Assembly: GCF_963921235.1 (NCBI RefSeq)
Contig: NC_086108.1
Span: 106,642,001-106,706,000 of the forward strand
DNA from: Mobula hypostoma
Lineage: Eukaryota
Direction: 5' to 3'
Length of the DNA stretch: 64,000 nt
Part shown: positions 48,371-60,437 of the stretch, one piece after another
Position numbering within the stretch: the first letter of the stretch is position 1
Layout: the number at the start of each line of letters is the position of its first letter
Notes under the pieces: generated by a model
What the model saw: the letters and a program-made list of their open reading frames with translations, nothing else
Databases searched by the model: none
Told to the model about the DNA's origin: nothing
Translations under genes and position numbers: made by a program

Positions 48371-48949
48371 CACCTCTTCCTGGAGATGCTGCCTGGCCCG
48401 CTGCGTTCACCAGCAACTTTGATGTATGTTGCTTGAATTTCCAGCATCTGCAGAATTCCTGTTGTTTCCATCCATGGACTCACTTTACACCGCATGCTGT
48501 CGGAGCAGTGCTGCCAGGATAATCAAGGACACGACCCACCCAGCCAACACACTTTTTGTCCCTCTTCCCTCCGGGAGAAGGCTCAGGAGCTTGAAGACTC
48601 GTACGGCCAGATTTGGGAACAGCTTCTTTCCAACTGTGATAAGACTGCTGAACAGATCCTGACCCGGATCTGGGCCGTACCCTCCAAATATCCAGACCTG
48701 CCTCTCGGTTTCTTTGCACTACCTTACTTTTCATTTTTCTATTTTCTAGTTATGATTTATAATTTAATTTTTTAATATTTACTATTTTTAAGATTTAATG
48801 TTTGTAATCCAGGGAGCAGGAAGCGCAGAATCAAATATCACTGTGATGATTGTATATTCTAGTATCAATTGTTTGGCGACAATAAAGTATAAAGTATACT
48901 TCTCATATAAACTTCAGACTCAGGTAAAAAAAAAACACGAGTTTGTCCA

Positions 48950-49790
48950 AAGTTCGAAGATTCAAAGTACATTTATTATCAAAGTATATATACATTATAC
49001 AAGCTTGAGATCTGTCTGCTCACAGGCAGTCACAAAACAAGAAACCCGAAAGAACCCATTGAAAAAAAGACCAACAGACTCCCAATGTGAAAACAGAGAG
49101 AAAAAAAGTCACAAATCGTGCAAACAATAAAAGCATTCAGAGTGAAAGTGAGTCTATAGACATGATGCCTGGGGCAGCAAGGGCAGGTCCATAGCCTCAG
49201 CTTCAGTTTGTCACACAGTGGGCCAAATCATCACGAAGCTTGCAGACACAAAGCCCAGAGCAGCCAGAGCAAGCTCACAGCCTCAGCTTCAGTGCCATGG
49301 AGACCAGAGTAAATGTCATGGAGCAGTGAAAGGAACGATTCGAACATTTCCTCCGGTCCTGACACCCCGCCTTTTCAGTCCATACAGCCCAGCATTTAGA
49401 TCATCCAAACATCGGGCTGTTCTTCACACTAGGAACTTGGCCCTGTCACTTCGATATGCCCTGAGCCAGAACCCCACCGCCATATTCTGGCCTGTACTGC
49501 CTTTCCAAATCGGTAAGGCACTTAGATCGATCAAACTTCGCTCTCAGTTTAGGTGGACTGGCTTTGAAACTGCTCAGCACCGCTCGCTCAAACTCTGACT
49601 CTGTCTCGCCCTCACTCCGACTTTGTATCCCACCTGCGTGCCTCAACCCTCGAGTTAGCCTCACATTCGCTTGCTTCTTCATTGTTTTCAGTGATAGTTA
49701 ACTACAATTTTCTACAAAAAGTGTTATTAATAAAGTATTTAGCTGGATTTCTCGCTTTATTATCTGTCAGCAAGTTGTCGTCCATCTTAA
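48950..49790 (-). mobile_element. Non-autonomous Rex/L2-type retroposon (related copy ~47135-47715)
   Basis: (TTTGAAC)n-type tail shared with Rex 3' ends in the window; AAGATGG-like 5' end at ~49787; no coding remnants recognised. Confidence 0.5.
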
Positions 49791-50308
49791 ACCTCTCCTT
49801 GTAGCACATGAACCTCATCTGCATCCTCTTCTTAGCTTCCTTTTCCTTCTTATAATGAAGTGACCAGAAATGAATGCCATACTCCAGATGTGGCTGAACT
49901 AGAGTTAAACCTGCATGTAACTTACTGATTCATTAACTCAATGCCTTGATTAATAAAGGCAAGATTGCCATATGCTTTCCTTGCCACTCTCTATGTAAAT
50001 ACTAACCTCTTTAAGTTTTCTCTCTCTCACCTTAAATTTGTGTTCGCTTGATTTCAACACTCCCATAGAACATATGAGCAGCTTACAGTGCAGAACAGAC
50101 TCTTTGATCGACAATTTTGTGCCAACCTTTTAACCTGCTCCAACATCAATAAACCCCTTCCCTCCATTTTTTTAAATCATCCATATGCCTATCTAATACT
50201 TACCTAAATCCCTCTAATGTATCTACCTCTACTGCCACCCTGGCAGTGTATTCCATACACCCACCACTCTCCGTGCATAAAACTTACCTCTGACATCATT
50301 CCTATACC

Positions 50309-51307
50309 TGTCACAGTCCCGACCATTGATTCCTCATATTCTCCTAACTCCCTTTTCCCCGTGTTCTCCCGGGCTCCTTGATTGCAGCACCTGATTCTCA
50401 TCTAAACCTGCTGCATAAAAACCCCGGCTTTGCATCTACTCATGGCCAGACCGTTGCTTCAGCCAGTACGGTAATTCACGTTCCCAGCCGCTTAGAATGG
50501 TGCATTCTAAATTTACTTCATTATTGAGGTTTACCTGTGAAACTCCATGTCAAGAGAAGTATTCTAAGTTTACTTCAGCACTGAGGTTTACCTGTGAAGC
50601 TCTGTCACTCCACGTCAAGATAAATATTCTAAGTTTTACTTCAGTACCAAAGTTTACCTGTGTAACTCGGTCTCTCTGTGTTAAGAAAAGTATTGTCTGC
50701 TGTTTGCCTTTCTACGCTCCCTGTCAAGGTAAGTTTTGTGCCTGCGGCCTGTCACTCAGCTCCAGCAGTGCCCTGTGTCAAGAATTTTGCCTGCCTCCTG
50801 CTTCTCCGTTCAGCCATGCTGTTTGCCTGTGTTAATTCTGTCTCTCGACCGCTTAGAATTGTGTATTCTAAGTTATGTTTCAGCGTTGTTTGCCTGTGTT
50901 AACCCTGTTTCTCGGCCGCTTAGAATTGTGTATTCCAAGTTCTGTTTCCGCACTGTTTGCCTATGTTAACACTCTCTCCATGTTAATAGGAGCATTGCAT
51001 GCCACCTGTCTTCCCGTTCATTCTTCTGCCTGCTGTTCTCCTCCAGCCACGCTCGCATCCTGGTCTGCATCCCTGCTCTGCCTCATTCCGCCACCCACCT
51101 ACACTCTCTGTTGGCTCGGTGGTTAAACACTGCGTTCCCGCCGTAGCAACCCGGGTTCGATCCCCGGCCAAGCCATCCTCGCTCCTCGGCTTTCCTCTGC
51201 CTAATCATCGCTCCCCGGCCTTCCCTGTAACCGTTAATAAACACTTTAGATTACACTACCTCCATGTCAGTGTCCTGCGTTTGGATTCTCCCCGTTCCAT
51301 TGCAACA
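50309..51307 (+). mobile_element. Solo LTR (999 bp) inserted in a minus CR1 fragment
   Basis: TG...CA ends; flanks ATACC/GTACC (5-bp TSD, 1 mismatch); TATA-like CATAAAAA ~50415; AATAAA ~51236; internal tandem repeats; the CR1 sequence resumes at 51308. Confidence 0.85.
51112..51175 (+). other. tRNA-like segment (Pol III A/B boxes) inside the LTR
   Basis: A-box TGGCTCGGTGG, anticodon-like arm CTGCG-TTCCCGC-CGTAG, T-arm CCGGG-TTCGATC-CCCGG. Confidence 0.65.
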
Positions 51308-51639
51308 GTACCTTCCTACAATCACCTTAAAATGATGCCTTGTATTAGGTATATCCAGCCTGGGATAAAGACTCTTGCTATCCTCTCAATCTATGCTTCT
51401 CATCATCTTGTATACCTCTATGAAGTCACCTCACATCCTCCATCATTCTAGCTTTCTCAACCTATTATAAAACATGCTTTCTAATCCAGAAAGCATTCTG
51501 GTAAATCTGCTCTGCAACCTCTCTAAAGCCTCCACGTCCTTCCTATAATGAGATGAACAGAACTGAACATCAGATAAGTTATGGGAAATAAGATTTTATC
51601 TCCCCTATCTTATTGTACAGGGCAACAGGTTAATTGGCC

Positions 51640-52270
51640 ACTGAAATCTTGCTTTTATTAGTTGAGGCATTGGGTTCAAAAGTCAAGAAGTTACAAATTT
51701 ACAAAGCTCTGATTAAGCCTCATCTGGAGCATTGCGTACAGTTTTGGTTCCCCAACTATAGGAAGAATCTTGAGGCTTTGGGGAGGGTGCAGAAGAGGTT
51801 TGCCAGGATGTTCCCTGGTTTAGAAGGCATGTGCTATCACAAGAGGCTGGATAAACTTTGGTTGTTTTCTCTGGAGCGCCGGAGGCTGAGGGGAGATCTA
51901 ATAAAGGTTTACAAGATTATGAGAGGCATAAAGTGGATGGAGAGTATCTGTTTCCCAGGATTATAATGTCCAATACCAAAGGTCATGCATTAAAGATGAG
52001 AGGGTGAAGGTTCAGGAGGAATATGAGGGGTAAGGTTTTTACTCAGAGAGCCATAGATGCCGGATGTATGGTGATAGACTCAAATACACTGGAGGCTTTT
52101 AAGAGACATTTGGTTAGGCACATAGATATAAGGAAGATAGAGGGATAGGGGCATAGTGTAGGTAGGAGAGGTTAGTACTTGGGTGTTTTTGATTTGATTT
52201 TTGGGTGGTTTGGCACAATGCTGTGGGCCGAATGGCCTGTTCCTGTGCTGTACTCTTCTGTGTTCCGTGT
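51640..52270 (+). mobile_element. CR1 3' fragment
   Basis: IYKALIKPHLEHCVQFWFP...LERRRLRGDLIKVYKIM. Confidence 0.85.
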
Positions 52271-52547
52271 TCCAAATCCGTCCCTGGTGTAGGTGAGTGA
52301 TAAAATCTTGAGGCATTGATGAGAATATGGGAAGAAGAAAAACTGAAATTAATGTACAATTAATTATTGAAGTGAGTTGCGGGGTGGAGATAGGTCCCTA
52401 TCAAAGGAAGTATAAGGCACTTCTTCCCTTCGCTAGCTGTAGGTCACCCTTGGGGAACATGTATCACCTCCTGAGTCCCCCTGATCAGGGTATCATATGA
52501 AACCATGGGAGAAGGTGGTGATGGTCATATGAACAGCTGGACCAAGA

Positions 52548-54830
52548 TACATAAGTCACCCAGACAGATGAACTGCACCCGAGGGTTCTGAAAGAGGTAG
52601 CATTAGAGATTGTGGTGGCATTAGAAATGGTTATATGGTTATCTTTCAAAAATCATTGGACTCTGGCATGGTGCCAGAGGACTGGAAAATCACAAAAGTT
52701 ACCTCACTCTTTAGATTAGATTAGATTATGAGGACACGCAGTCCTCTTTTATTGTCATTTAGTAATGCACGCGTTAAGAAATGATATAATGTTCCTCCAG
52801 AATGATATCACAGAAACACAAGACAAACCAAGACTAAAAAATCTGACAAAAACCACATAATTATAACATATAGTTACAACAGTGCAAAGCAATACCATAA
52901 TTTGATAAAGAACAGACCATGGGCACGGTAAAAAAACATCTCAAAGTCTCGAAAGTCCCATCATTCCATGCAGACGGTAGAAGGAAGAGAAACTCTCTTC
53001 CTACCATGAACCTCCAGCGCTGCAAACTTGCCGATGCAGCACCCTGGAAACACCCGACCACAGCCGACTCTTGAGTCCGTCTGAAAACTTCGACCCTCCG
53101 ACCAGCCCTCCAGCACTGAGCACCGAGCACCGAGCACCATCTCTGCCGAGCACTTCGACACCAGCCCCGGCAACAGGCAATAGGCAAAGCCGAGGATTTG
53201 GGGCCTTCCCCTCCGGAGATACTCAATCATACAGTAGCAATGGTAGTGAAGCGGGCATTTCAGAAGTTTGTCCAGATGTTCCTCCATGCTTCCCACGTCT
53301 GTCTCCATCAAATCAGGATGGTGCACGGAACCTACTTAACAAATACGGTATCATTTCGGAGCAGCCGCGTGCGCTGCGTCGCGCCGCCATCTTCTCCTCC
53401 CCACAAAGAAAGGAGGAAGGCAGCAGAAAGGAAATTATAGACCAGTTTGCCTGACCTCATGGTTGGGAAGATGTTAGCGTCAATTGGTAAGCATGAGGTT
53501 ATGGAGTACTTGGTGACGCTGAACAAGATAGGTCAAAGTCAGTGTATTTTCCTTTAGGGAAAATCCTGCCTGATGAAACTGTTGGAATTCTTTGAAGAGA
53601 TTACAAGTAGGATGGATAAAGGGGATGTAGTAGATGTTATATATTTGCACTTTCAGAAGACCTTTGACAAGGTGCCACCCATGAGGCTGCTTACCAGGTT
53701 AAGAGCCCATGATATTACAGGAAAATTACTAAGATGGTTTGAACATTGGCTGATCGGAAGAAATCAGCGAGCGGGAATAAAAGGATCCTTTTCCGGTTGA
53801 CTGCCAGTGACTAATGGTGTTCCACAGGGGTTGGTGTTAGGACTGCTTCCTTTTATGCTGTATATAAATGATTTAAATGATGGAATAGATGACTTTGTTG
53901 CCAAGTTTGCAGATGATACAAAGATTGATGGAGGAGCAGGTAGTGTTGAGAAAACAGGTAGGATGCAAGAGGACTTAGACAGATTAGGAGAATGGCCAAG
54001 AAAGTGGCAAATGAAATACAATGTTGGAAAATGTATGGACATGAACTTTGGTAGTAGAAATAAATGTGCAGGTTATTTTCTAAACGGAGAAAATCCAGGA
54101 ATCTGAGATGCAGAGGGACCTGGGAGTCCTTGTGAAGAACACTCTGTATGTTAACTTGCAGGTTGAGTCGGTGGTGAGGAAGGCAAATGCAATGTTAGCA
54201 TTCATTTCAAGAGGTCTAGAATACAAGAGCGAGGATGTGATGCTGATGCTTTATAAGGCACCTTGAGTATTGTGAACAGTTTTGGGCCCATCATCTTAGA
54301 AAAGATGTTCTGGCATTGGAGAGGGTCCAGAGGAGATTTACAAGGATGATTCCAGGAATGAAAGGGTTATCATACGAGGAACATTTGATGGCTCTGGGTC
54401 AGATGGTTCTGGAATTCAGAAGGATGAGGGGGGATCTGATTGAAACCTTTCAAATGTCAAAAGGCCTAGACAGAGTAGATGTGGAAAGGATGATTTCCAT
54501 GGTGGGAAGAGTCTAGGACAAGAGGGCACAGCCTCAGGATAGAGGGCACCCTTTCAAAACAGAGATGTGGAGAAATTTCTTTAGCCAAAGGGTGGTGAAT
54601 TTGTGGAATTTGTTGCCACATGCAGCTGTGGAGGCCAGGTCACTGGGTGTATTTAAGGCAGAGATTGATAGGTTCTTGATTGGACGTGGCATCAAAGGTT
54701 ATGGGGAGAAGGCCGGGAACTGGGGTTGAGGAGGAGTTAGAAAAAAAGATCAACCATGATTGAATGGCAGAGCAGACTCGATGGGCCAGATGGCCTAATT
54801 CTGCTCCTATGTCTTAAGGTCTTATGGTCT
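52548..54830 (+). mobile_element. 5'-truncated CR1 (RT to tail) with nested element 52711-53402
   Basis: HPRVLKE, NYRPVCL, FQKTFDKV, GVPQGLVLG, KFADDTK; (TCTTATGG)n tail. Confidence 0.9.
52711..53402 (-). mobile_element. Non-autonomous AAGATGGCGGC/(TCTAA)n retroposon, second full copy
   Basis: Reverse-complement homolog of 27300-27932. Confidence 0.8.
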
Positions 54831-55207
54831 ATAATCACAAGTCCTGATTATGCTACTACTGACACCAGGTACACAATCTCTGAAGAGTATTGATAATGGC
54901 TGGGGTCACCTGTCTTGTAAAGACACTGCCCAGAAGAAGGCAATGGCAAACTACTTTTGTAGAAAACTTTACCCAGAAAGACCATGATTGCTCACGTCAT
55001 ATGACATAGCACATAATGAACAAAACTATTGAAGGCAAAGACCACCGCACCTAAGGGCAGCTCCTACCCCTGTGTTATCACACTCTTGAACAGACCTCTT
55101 ATAAACTAAAGATGAACTTCTCATCTCTCAGTCTTGCTCACCTTGGCTCTCCTGCACTTTGTTTACCTGCACTGCACCTTCTTTGTGACTGCAGGATTAC
55201 ACTTTAC

Positions 55208-57144
55208 TAATGTTCTATGAATACCTTCCCAAAATAGACTTAATTTAGGGCAATCCCAGAAAATATGAAAATGATTTGCCTCCTTGGAGCCGCACCTTCT
55301 CCAACACATCACATTTGTATCTTTATATTTTTCCTGATATGGGGTCTTGAAGTATCTTATAATGTTTTTCCAACAATGTTCTCTCCATGTCAAAGAATTA
55401 GTCGAGGACCATTGAAAGCTGCAGATTTTCCCCCAAGCCTCCTCTGAAAGTACCAACCCCGCTTCTTTCTCCCACTTCTCTTTAATATACAGTGTATTTA
55501 CATTTTTAGCATGGGAGAGTGCATTACATAGGCGAGAAACTGATTTACTAGGTATTGAACTGCAAGCCGAATTCAGAATCTTGAAAAATTCTAATTTTAC
55601 TGTTGATAGGTCTGTATATCTACAACTCTGGTTAACATAGTTTCGTATTTGAAGGTACCTAAAAAAGTCATCATGTTCTAGGCCATGTTTGTCCTGCAGG
55701 ATTTGGAAACTTTGTAATACTCTTATCTATAAATGAGAGGTAGGTTGTAAGACCTTTCTTTATCCATAGCTCAAATCTTTTATCTCCTCTGTTGGGAAGG
55801 AATTCGGTATCATATGCACACCATCTAAAGAGTTATTAATTCCACATGAATTAACCACCTTCTGCCATACTTTTAGTGTAAGATTTATCCAAGCATTATT
55901 AAATTTTTCCAACTGGGCCATCAATCCTTTGTCAGCTATTGAGGCCTGAAGAGGAAAACTGTCAACTAATCCAAATTCTATTTCCTTCCATCTAGCCTTA
56001 TATTCCCTATTACACCAATATAACAGAGGGGTTATCTGTGAGGCATAAAAATAATTTCTCAGGCAAGGAAGAACCATACCTCCTCTTTCCTTCCCTAACT
56101 GTAAGGTGTTATATCGAATTCTAGGTTTCCTTCCTTGCCAAATGAAGCGGGAAATCCATTTGTCCCATTCCCCGAATTGATTATCATCCACCTCCACTGG
56201 TAAAGTACGGAAAAGATATAATAACCGAGGAAGAATATTCATTTTTATAGTATTTATCCTTGAATTTAAACTTAAAAAGGGGATAAGATAAGGTACTTAG
56301 GTCCCAGATACCTCTGAACTTTGAGACGCTCTATTTGGGGCATGTATTGTTCCTTGAACAGAAGGAAGATATAAAGTTGCTGCAGGCCCTCTTAGCGGCA
56401 AGTAAGAAATCAATCACTAGAAAATGGCTAAATCCAATACCACCTACATTAGAAGATTGGTACGAAATTATCTTGGAAATATTTAAAATGGAAAAGTTGA
56501 CCTACTCCCTGAGAACTCAAAAAGAAACATTTTATCAAATCTGGAATAAATGGATTGAATATATAACCCCAATGCGAGCAGACTTTAGATGACTCTCCTA
56601 ATGATTTATATTGCTCTTCTCATCAACACAGTAATATTGCTAACATAAGCACCCCTAGTCTAAATGTTTGTTGTTTTTTTTTGGAAAATAGAGAATTAAC
56701 ACAAGTAAAGGGAAAGATTTGGGAAAGGGATAAAAAAAAATGAAAAATTAAGTAAATAAGTACATAGGGATTGGATAATTATGTCTGCGGGCAGGAACAA
56801 GCACGAACAAATTGGGATATAAACACCTACAATGGTTGGTATATAGGCTTGTATGCAACATTTTGGACCAGTGGAAAAGGTCCAGAAGGGTTGTATGGAA
56901 ACTATTACTACCATTTTTCTTAACAACTAATTTCATTACTTAGCCTAATAGGTTAGATTTACCACAGTACATAATTATCTATTTAAATGTTTATTTTGCT
57001 TTTATATCATCTCAATGTGTACTTAAGAATGTATAAATAATTGTAGTTTTATACATATAAAAAAAATGGAAAAGGTTATATGTGTGAAAAAAGTACATGA
57101 TAATTGTGAACTCCTTATCCAAATAAAAATAAAATTAAAAAAAA
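55208..57144. mobile_element. L1-clade LINE 3' end with 5' inversion (minus 55208-~56289, plus ~56290-57144 with poly-A)
   Basis: 15-bp TSD AGGATTACACTTTAC (55193-55207, 57145-57159); MNILPRLLYLF..FIWQG..GGMVLP and the CCHC motif CWRRC...HIFWDC on minus; the ORF continues on plus to a stop at 56592; AATAAA + A-tail. Confidence 0.92.
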
Positions 57145-57264
57145 AGGATTACACTTTACATTCTGATGAGGTGATGCTTCAAACCGACGGCATCACCCCC
57201 ACCTTCCAGGACCTGCACTCTTCCCATTACTGTCATCAGGGAGGAGGTAAAGAAGCCTGAAGAT

Positions 57265-59660
57265 AGACAGACAGATGGATAGATAGGCAGTTTATTGAAG
57301 CCAAAGGAAATCACAGTGTCACAGTAACACTACAAGTCCACAGATATACAAATATTAGAAGAGAAGTAAGAAAGAGGTTTAAAAAAAAGTTATCTCAAAC
57401 AGGAGGGGTCATAACTTGCCCAGCTATAGGTTGATAAATTATACAGCAGAATGGCTGAGGGTAAGAATGACTTCATATTGTTCTCTTTGGAGAAGCACAG
57501 TTCTCTTAGTCTATTCCTAAAAGTGTTCCTCTATTCAGCCAAGGTGCATACAGAGGGTGAGAAACATTGTCCAGATTTGCCAGGATTTTCCGGAGAGTCC
57601 TTTGTTCTACCACAGCCTCCACTGTGTCCTGTTAGGCTCCTATAACAGCCTTTCTAATCAGTGTCACAATGGGGGGCTTTGAGGGCGGACCCAAATGCAA
57701 GACACAGACACTGAAGTACAAGGAACAGGACTTGACTAGAGTTGGGACGTGACAGGATACAGACAAGGAGCAGGGACAAGAACGCAGACTTGGTCTAGGA
57801 CATAGACTAGACAGGGAACCCGGACAAGGAACTATGAACTAGGAGTCTGAGCTTGGGCTCCGAGCCAGAGACTGGACAAGGACCCAGAATCTGGGTCTTG
57901 CCTCGGGCTTGGGCCCCAGAACCAGGCAAGTACATGACATGACTACAGGACTAGAGTCTTGGAGACAGGCTTGGGGTCTAGGGTACTTCGAGGCTTGGGT
58001 ATGGACTCTGAGCCAGAGACTGGGCAAGGACCCAGAACCTGGGACTTGACTCAGGCTCAGACTCCAGAACTAGGTGAGGACAAGACGAGGCTACAGGACT
58101 GGAGGTGGCTTGGGTGAGGAACTCCTGGGTAGGGCAAGACACAAGGACACGTAAAGACACGTGGACAGGACTCAGATAGGACTGGATTAGGCACGGACTG
58201 GATGAGGGCCTTCAGGAGCACGGAGCCTTGGACAAGAAGAGACAGGAGCACAGAACCTTGGACTAGAAGTGACGGGAGCACGGAACACAGAGCCGGGACC
58301 CCTCCTTGGGAACAGGACATAGGGCCAGACTCATACACATAACACAGAGCCAGGACCCCTCCTTGGGAACAGGACGTAGGGCCGGGACTCATACACAGAA
58401 CGCTGAACATGAACAGACTGATCCCAACACAAGGTGGCGGCAAACAGCCAGACCCTCCTAGCAAAGGCGAGGACACAGAGAGACAAATCCACACAACGAA
58501 AGACAGTTCCTTATCTTGACCTAACAAGGCTCCAGTCTTGCTCCGGCGGTAAAACTTCAGTGATACAGACGGGGTATCCAGGCTAGGTGAGCAGGCAGAG
58601 AGTCAGGCAAGGGGGGAAAAGACAAGGAGAGGAATAGGACAGTCCAGCAGGGAATCCCTGGTTTGCAGAGGTATTTATGTCTCAGCCCCAAAATGAGAAT
58701 CATGTGCCTACAACAGAAACTGGGGAAAACCAGAAACTCTGGAATGAGGAACTACGGACCGGACCGTGAACTGGAATACATACTTCATGGACCAGACCAT
58801 GACAATCAGTTTATTGAGCCAGTTGGCATCACCCTTGTTGATGCCATTGCTCCAGCACACCATCGCATAGAAGATGGTACTGCCGGCAACAGACTGGTAG
58901 AACATGTGAAGGAGAGGCCTGCATACTCCAAAGGACGTCAGTCCCCTCAGGAAGTAGAGGAGATCCTGGCCCTTCTTGTACACAGCCTCTGTGATGGTGC
59001 TGCACTCAGGTCTGTCATCAAGGTGCAACCCCCAGTACTTGTAGGTCCTCACCACATCGACACCCTCACCATCAATAGTAACAGGGACCAATGCTGGCTC
59101 AGTCTATCTAAAGTCCATCATCATCTCCTTTGTCCGTTGAGCTGTAGGTGATTCAGCTTTCACCATTTGACAAATCCTCCACCAGGGCCCTGTATTCATC
59201 CTCCTGTCCTCTGTTTATACACCCAACTATTGCTGAGTCATCAGGGAATTTCTGCAGGTGACATGACTCAGTGCTGTAACTGAAGTCCGAGGTATACAGG
59301 GTTAACAGAAAGGGAGCCAATACAGTCTCCCGCGGGGCCCCAGTGCTACTTATAGCCATGACTGACATACAGCTCTGAAGCCACACAAACTGTGCCGGTC
59401 AGGTAGTCCATTTTCCAGGATACAATGGAAGTGCCAATCTGCATTGAATGGAGCTTTTCCCCCAACAATGTGGGCTGTATGGTATTGGAGATACTTAAGA
59501 AAGCAAAAAAAAAGATCCTCACAGTGCTGCCCTGCTTATCCAAATGGGAGTAGGCTCTATTCAGCAGCTAGATGACAGCATCGTCAACTCCAAAGTGCTC
59601 CTGGTAGGCAAATTGCAGGGGTTCAAGGGCTGATTTGACTAGGGGTCAGAGGTGAGCCAG
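57265..59660 (-). mobile_element. Degenerate Rex1/Babar LINE split by a solo LTR
   Basis: TGAPRETVLAPFLLTLYTSD, LQKFPDDSAIVG, YKYWGLHLDD, YKKGQDLLYFLR; (TATC/TCTG)n tail. Confidence 0.85.
57662..58804 (-). mobile_element. Solo LTR (1143 bp) with internal tandem repeats
   Basis: TGTCA...TGACA termini; perfect 5-bp TSD ATCAG (57657-57661, 58805-58809); TATA-like ATAAATA on minus at ~58672-58678. Confidence 0.9.
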
Positions 59661-59774
59661 GACCAGACTCTCTATAGTTTTCAAAAGAGTGAGGGGGAAG
59701 ACACACACACATTTCAAGAACAGCTTTTCCCCTCTGCCATCCGATTTCTGAACATTCAGTGAACTATGAACACT

Positions 59775-60358
59775 CTGACTATCCACACAATCAATGCCTC
59801 TCGTCATCTTGTATACCTCTATCAGGTCACCTCTCATCCTCCGTCACTCCAAGGAGAAAAGGCCGAGTCACTCAACCTATTCTCATAAGGCATGCTCCCC
59901 CAATCCAAGCAACATCCTTGTAAATCTCCTCTGAACTCTTTCTATGGCTTCCATATCCTTCCTGTAGTGAGGCCACCAGAACTGAGCACAGTACTCCAAG
60001 TGGAGTCTGACCAGGGTCCTATATAGTTGCAACATTACCTCTCGGCTCCTAAATTCAATTCCACGATTGATGAAGGACAATACACCGTATGCTTTCTTAA
60101 CCACAGAGTCAACCAGCGTAGCTGCTTTGAGCGTCCTATGGACTCGGACCCCAAGATCCCTCTGATCCTCCACACTGCCAAGAGTCTTACCATTAATACT
60201 ATATTCTGCCATCATATTTGACCTACCAAAATGAACCACCTCACACTTATCTAGGTTTAACTTCTCAGCCCAGTTTTGCATCCTATCAATGTCCCGCTGT
60301 AACTTCTGAGAGCCCTCCACACTATCCACAACACCCCCAACCATTGTGTCATCAGCAA
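59775..60358 (-). mobile_element. CR1 RT-C-terminal fragment (subfamily of 36540-40433)
   Basis: FADDT...LQRDIDRMQNWAEK...LEYCAQFW. Confidence 0.9.
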
Positions 60359-60437
60359 AGCTATGGTTCTCTTTCTCACTGGATCCCCAGTCATCCCACA
60401 AGTGTATCACACTAAATTCTAATTATTTATGCATACT

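Larger units (their letters stand above)
48143..48465. mobile_element. Penelope-type tandem+inverted terminal-repeat cassette with three hammerhead cores
   Basis: 13-bp TSD TTCC(G/A)TCCATGGA (48130-48142, 48466-48478); 73-bp tandem duplication; ~87-bp inverted repeat centred at 48321-48324. Confidence 0.85.
48015..48895 (+). mobile_element. Young Rex1/Babar 3' end (same subfamily as 33345-34265), split by the ribozyme cassette
   Basis: GCITTWYGSCPVQDRKKLQ...TNLPS|MDSLYTA...RFGNSFFPTVIRLLN; AATAAAGTATAAAGTA tail. Confidence 0.9.

Noticed and set aside
48017..48522. Overlapping ORFs with repeated peptide AAGQAASLGRGAVDVSGRDPSSG
   Set aside because: By-product of the tandem/inverted ribozyme cassette, not evidence of a protein
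51112..51175. Functional tRNA-Gly(CCC) gene
   Set aside because: The D-arm and acceptor stem cannot both form in canonical register, and it lies inside an LTR
58057..58527. 156-aa hydrophobic ORF
   Set aside because: Translation of LTR internal tandem repeats
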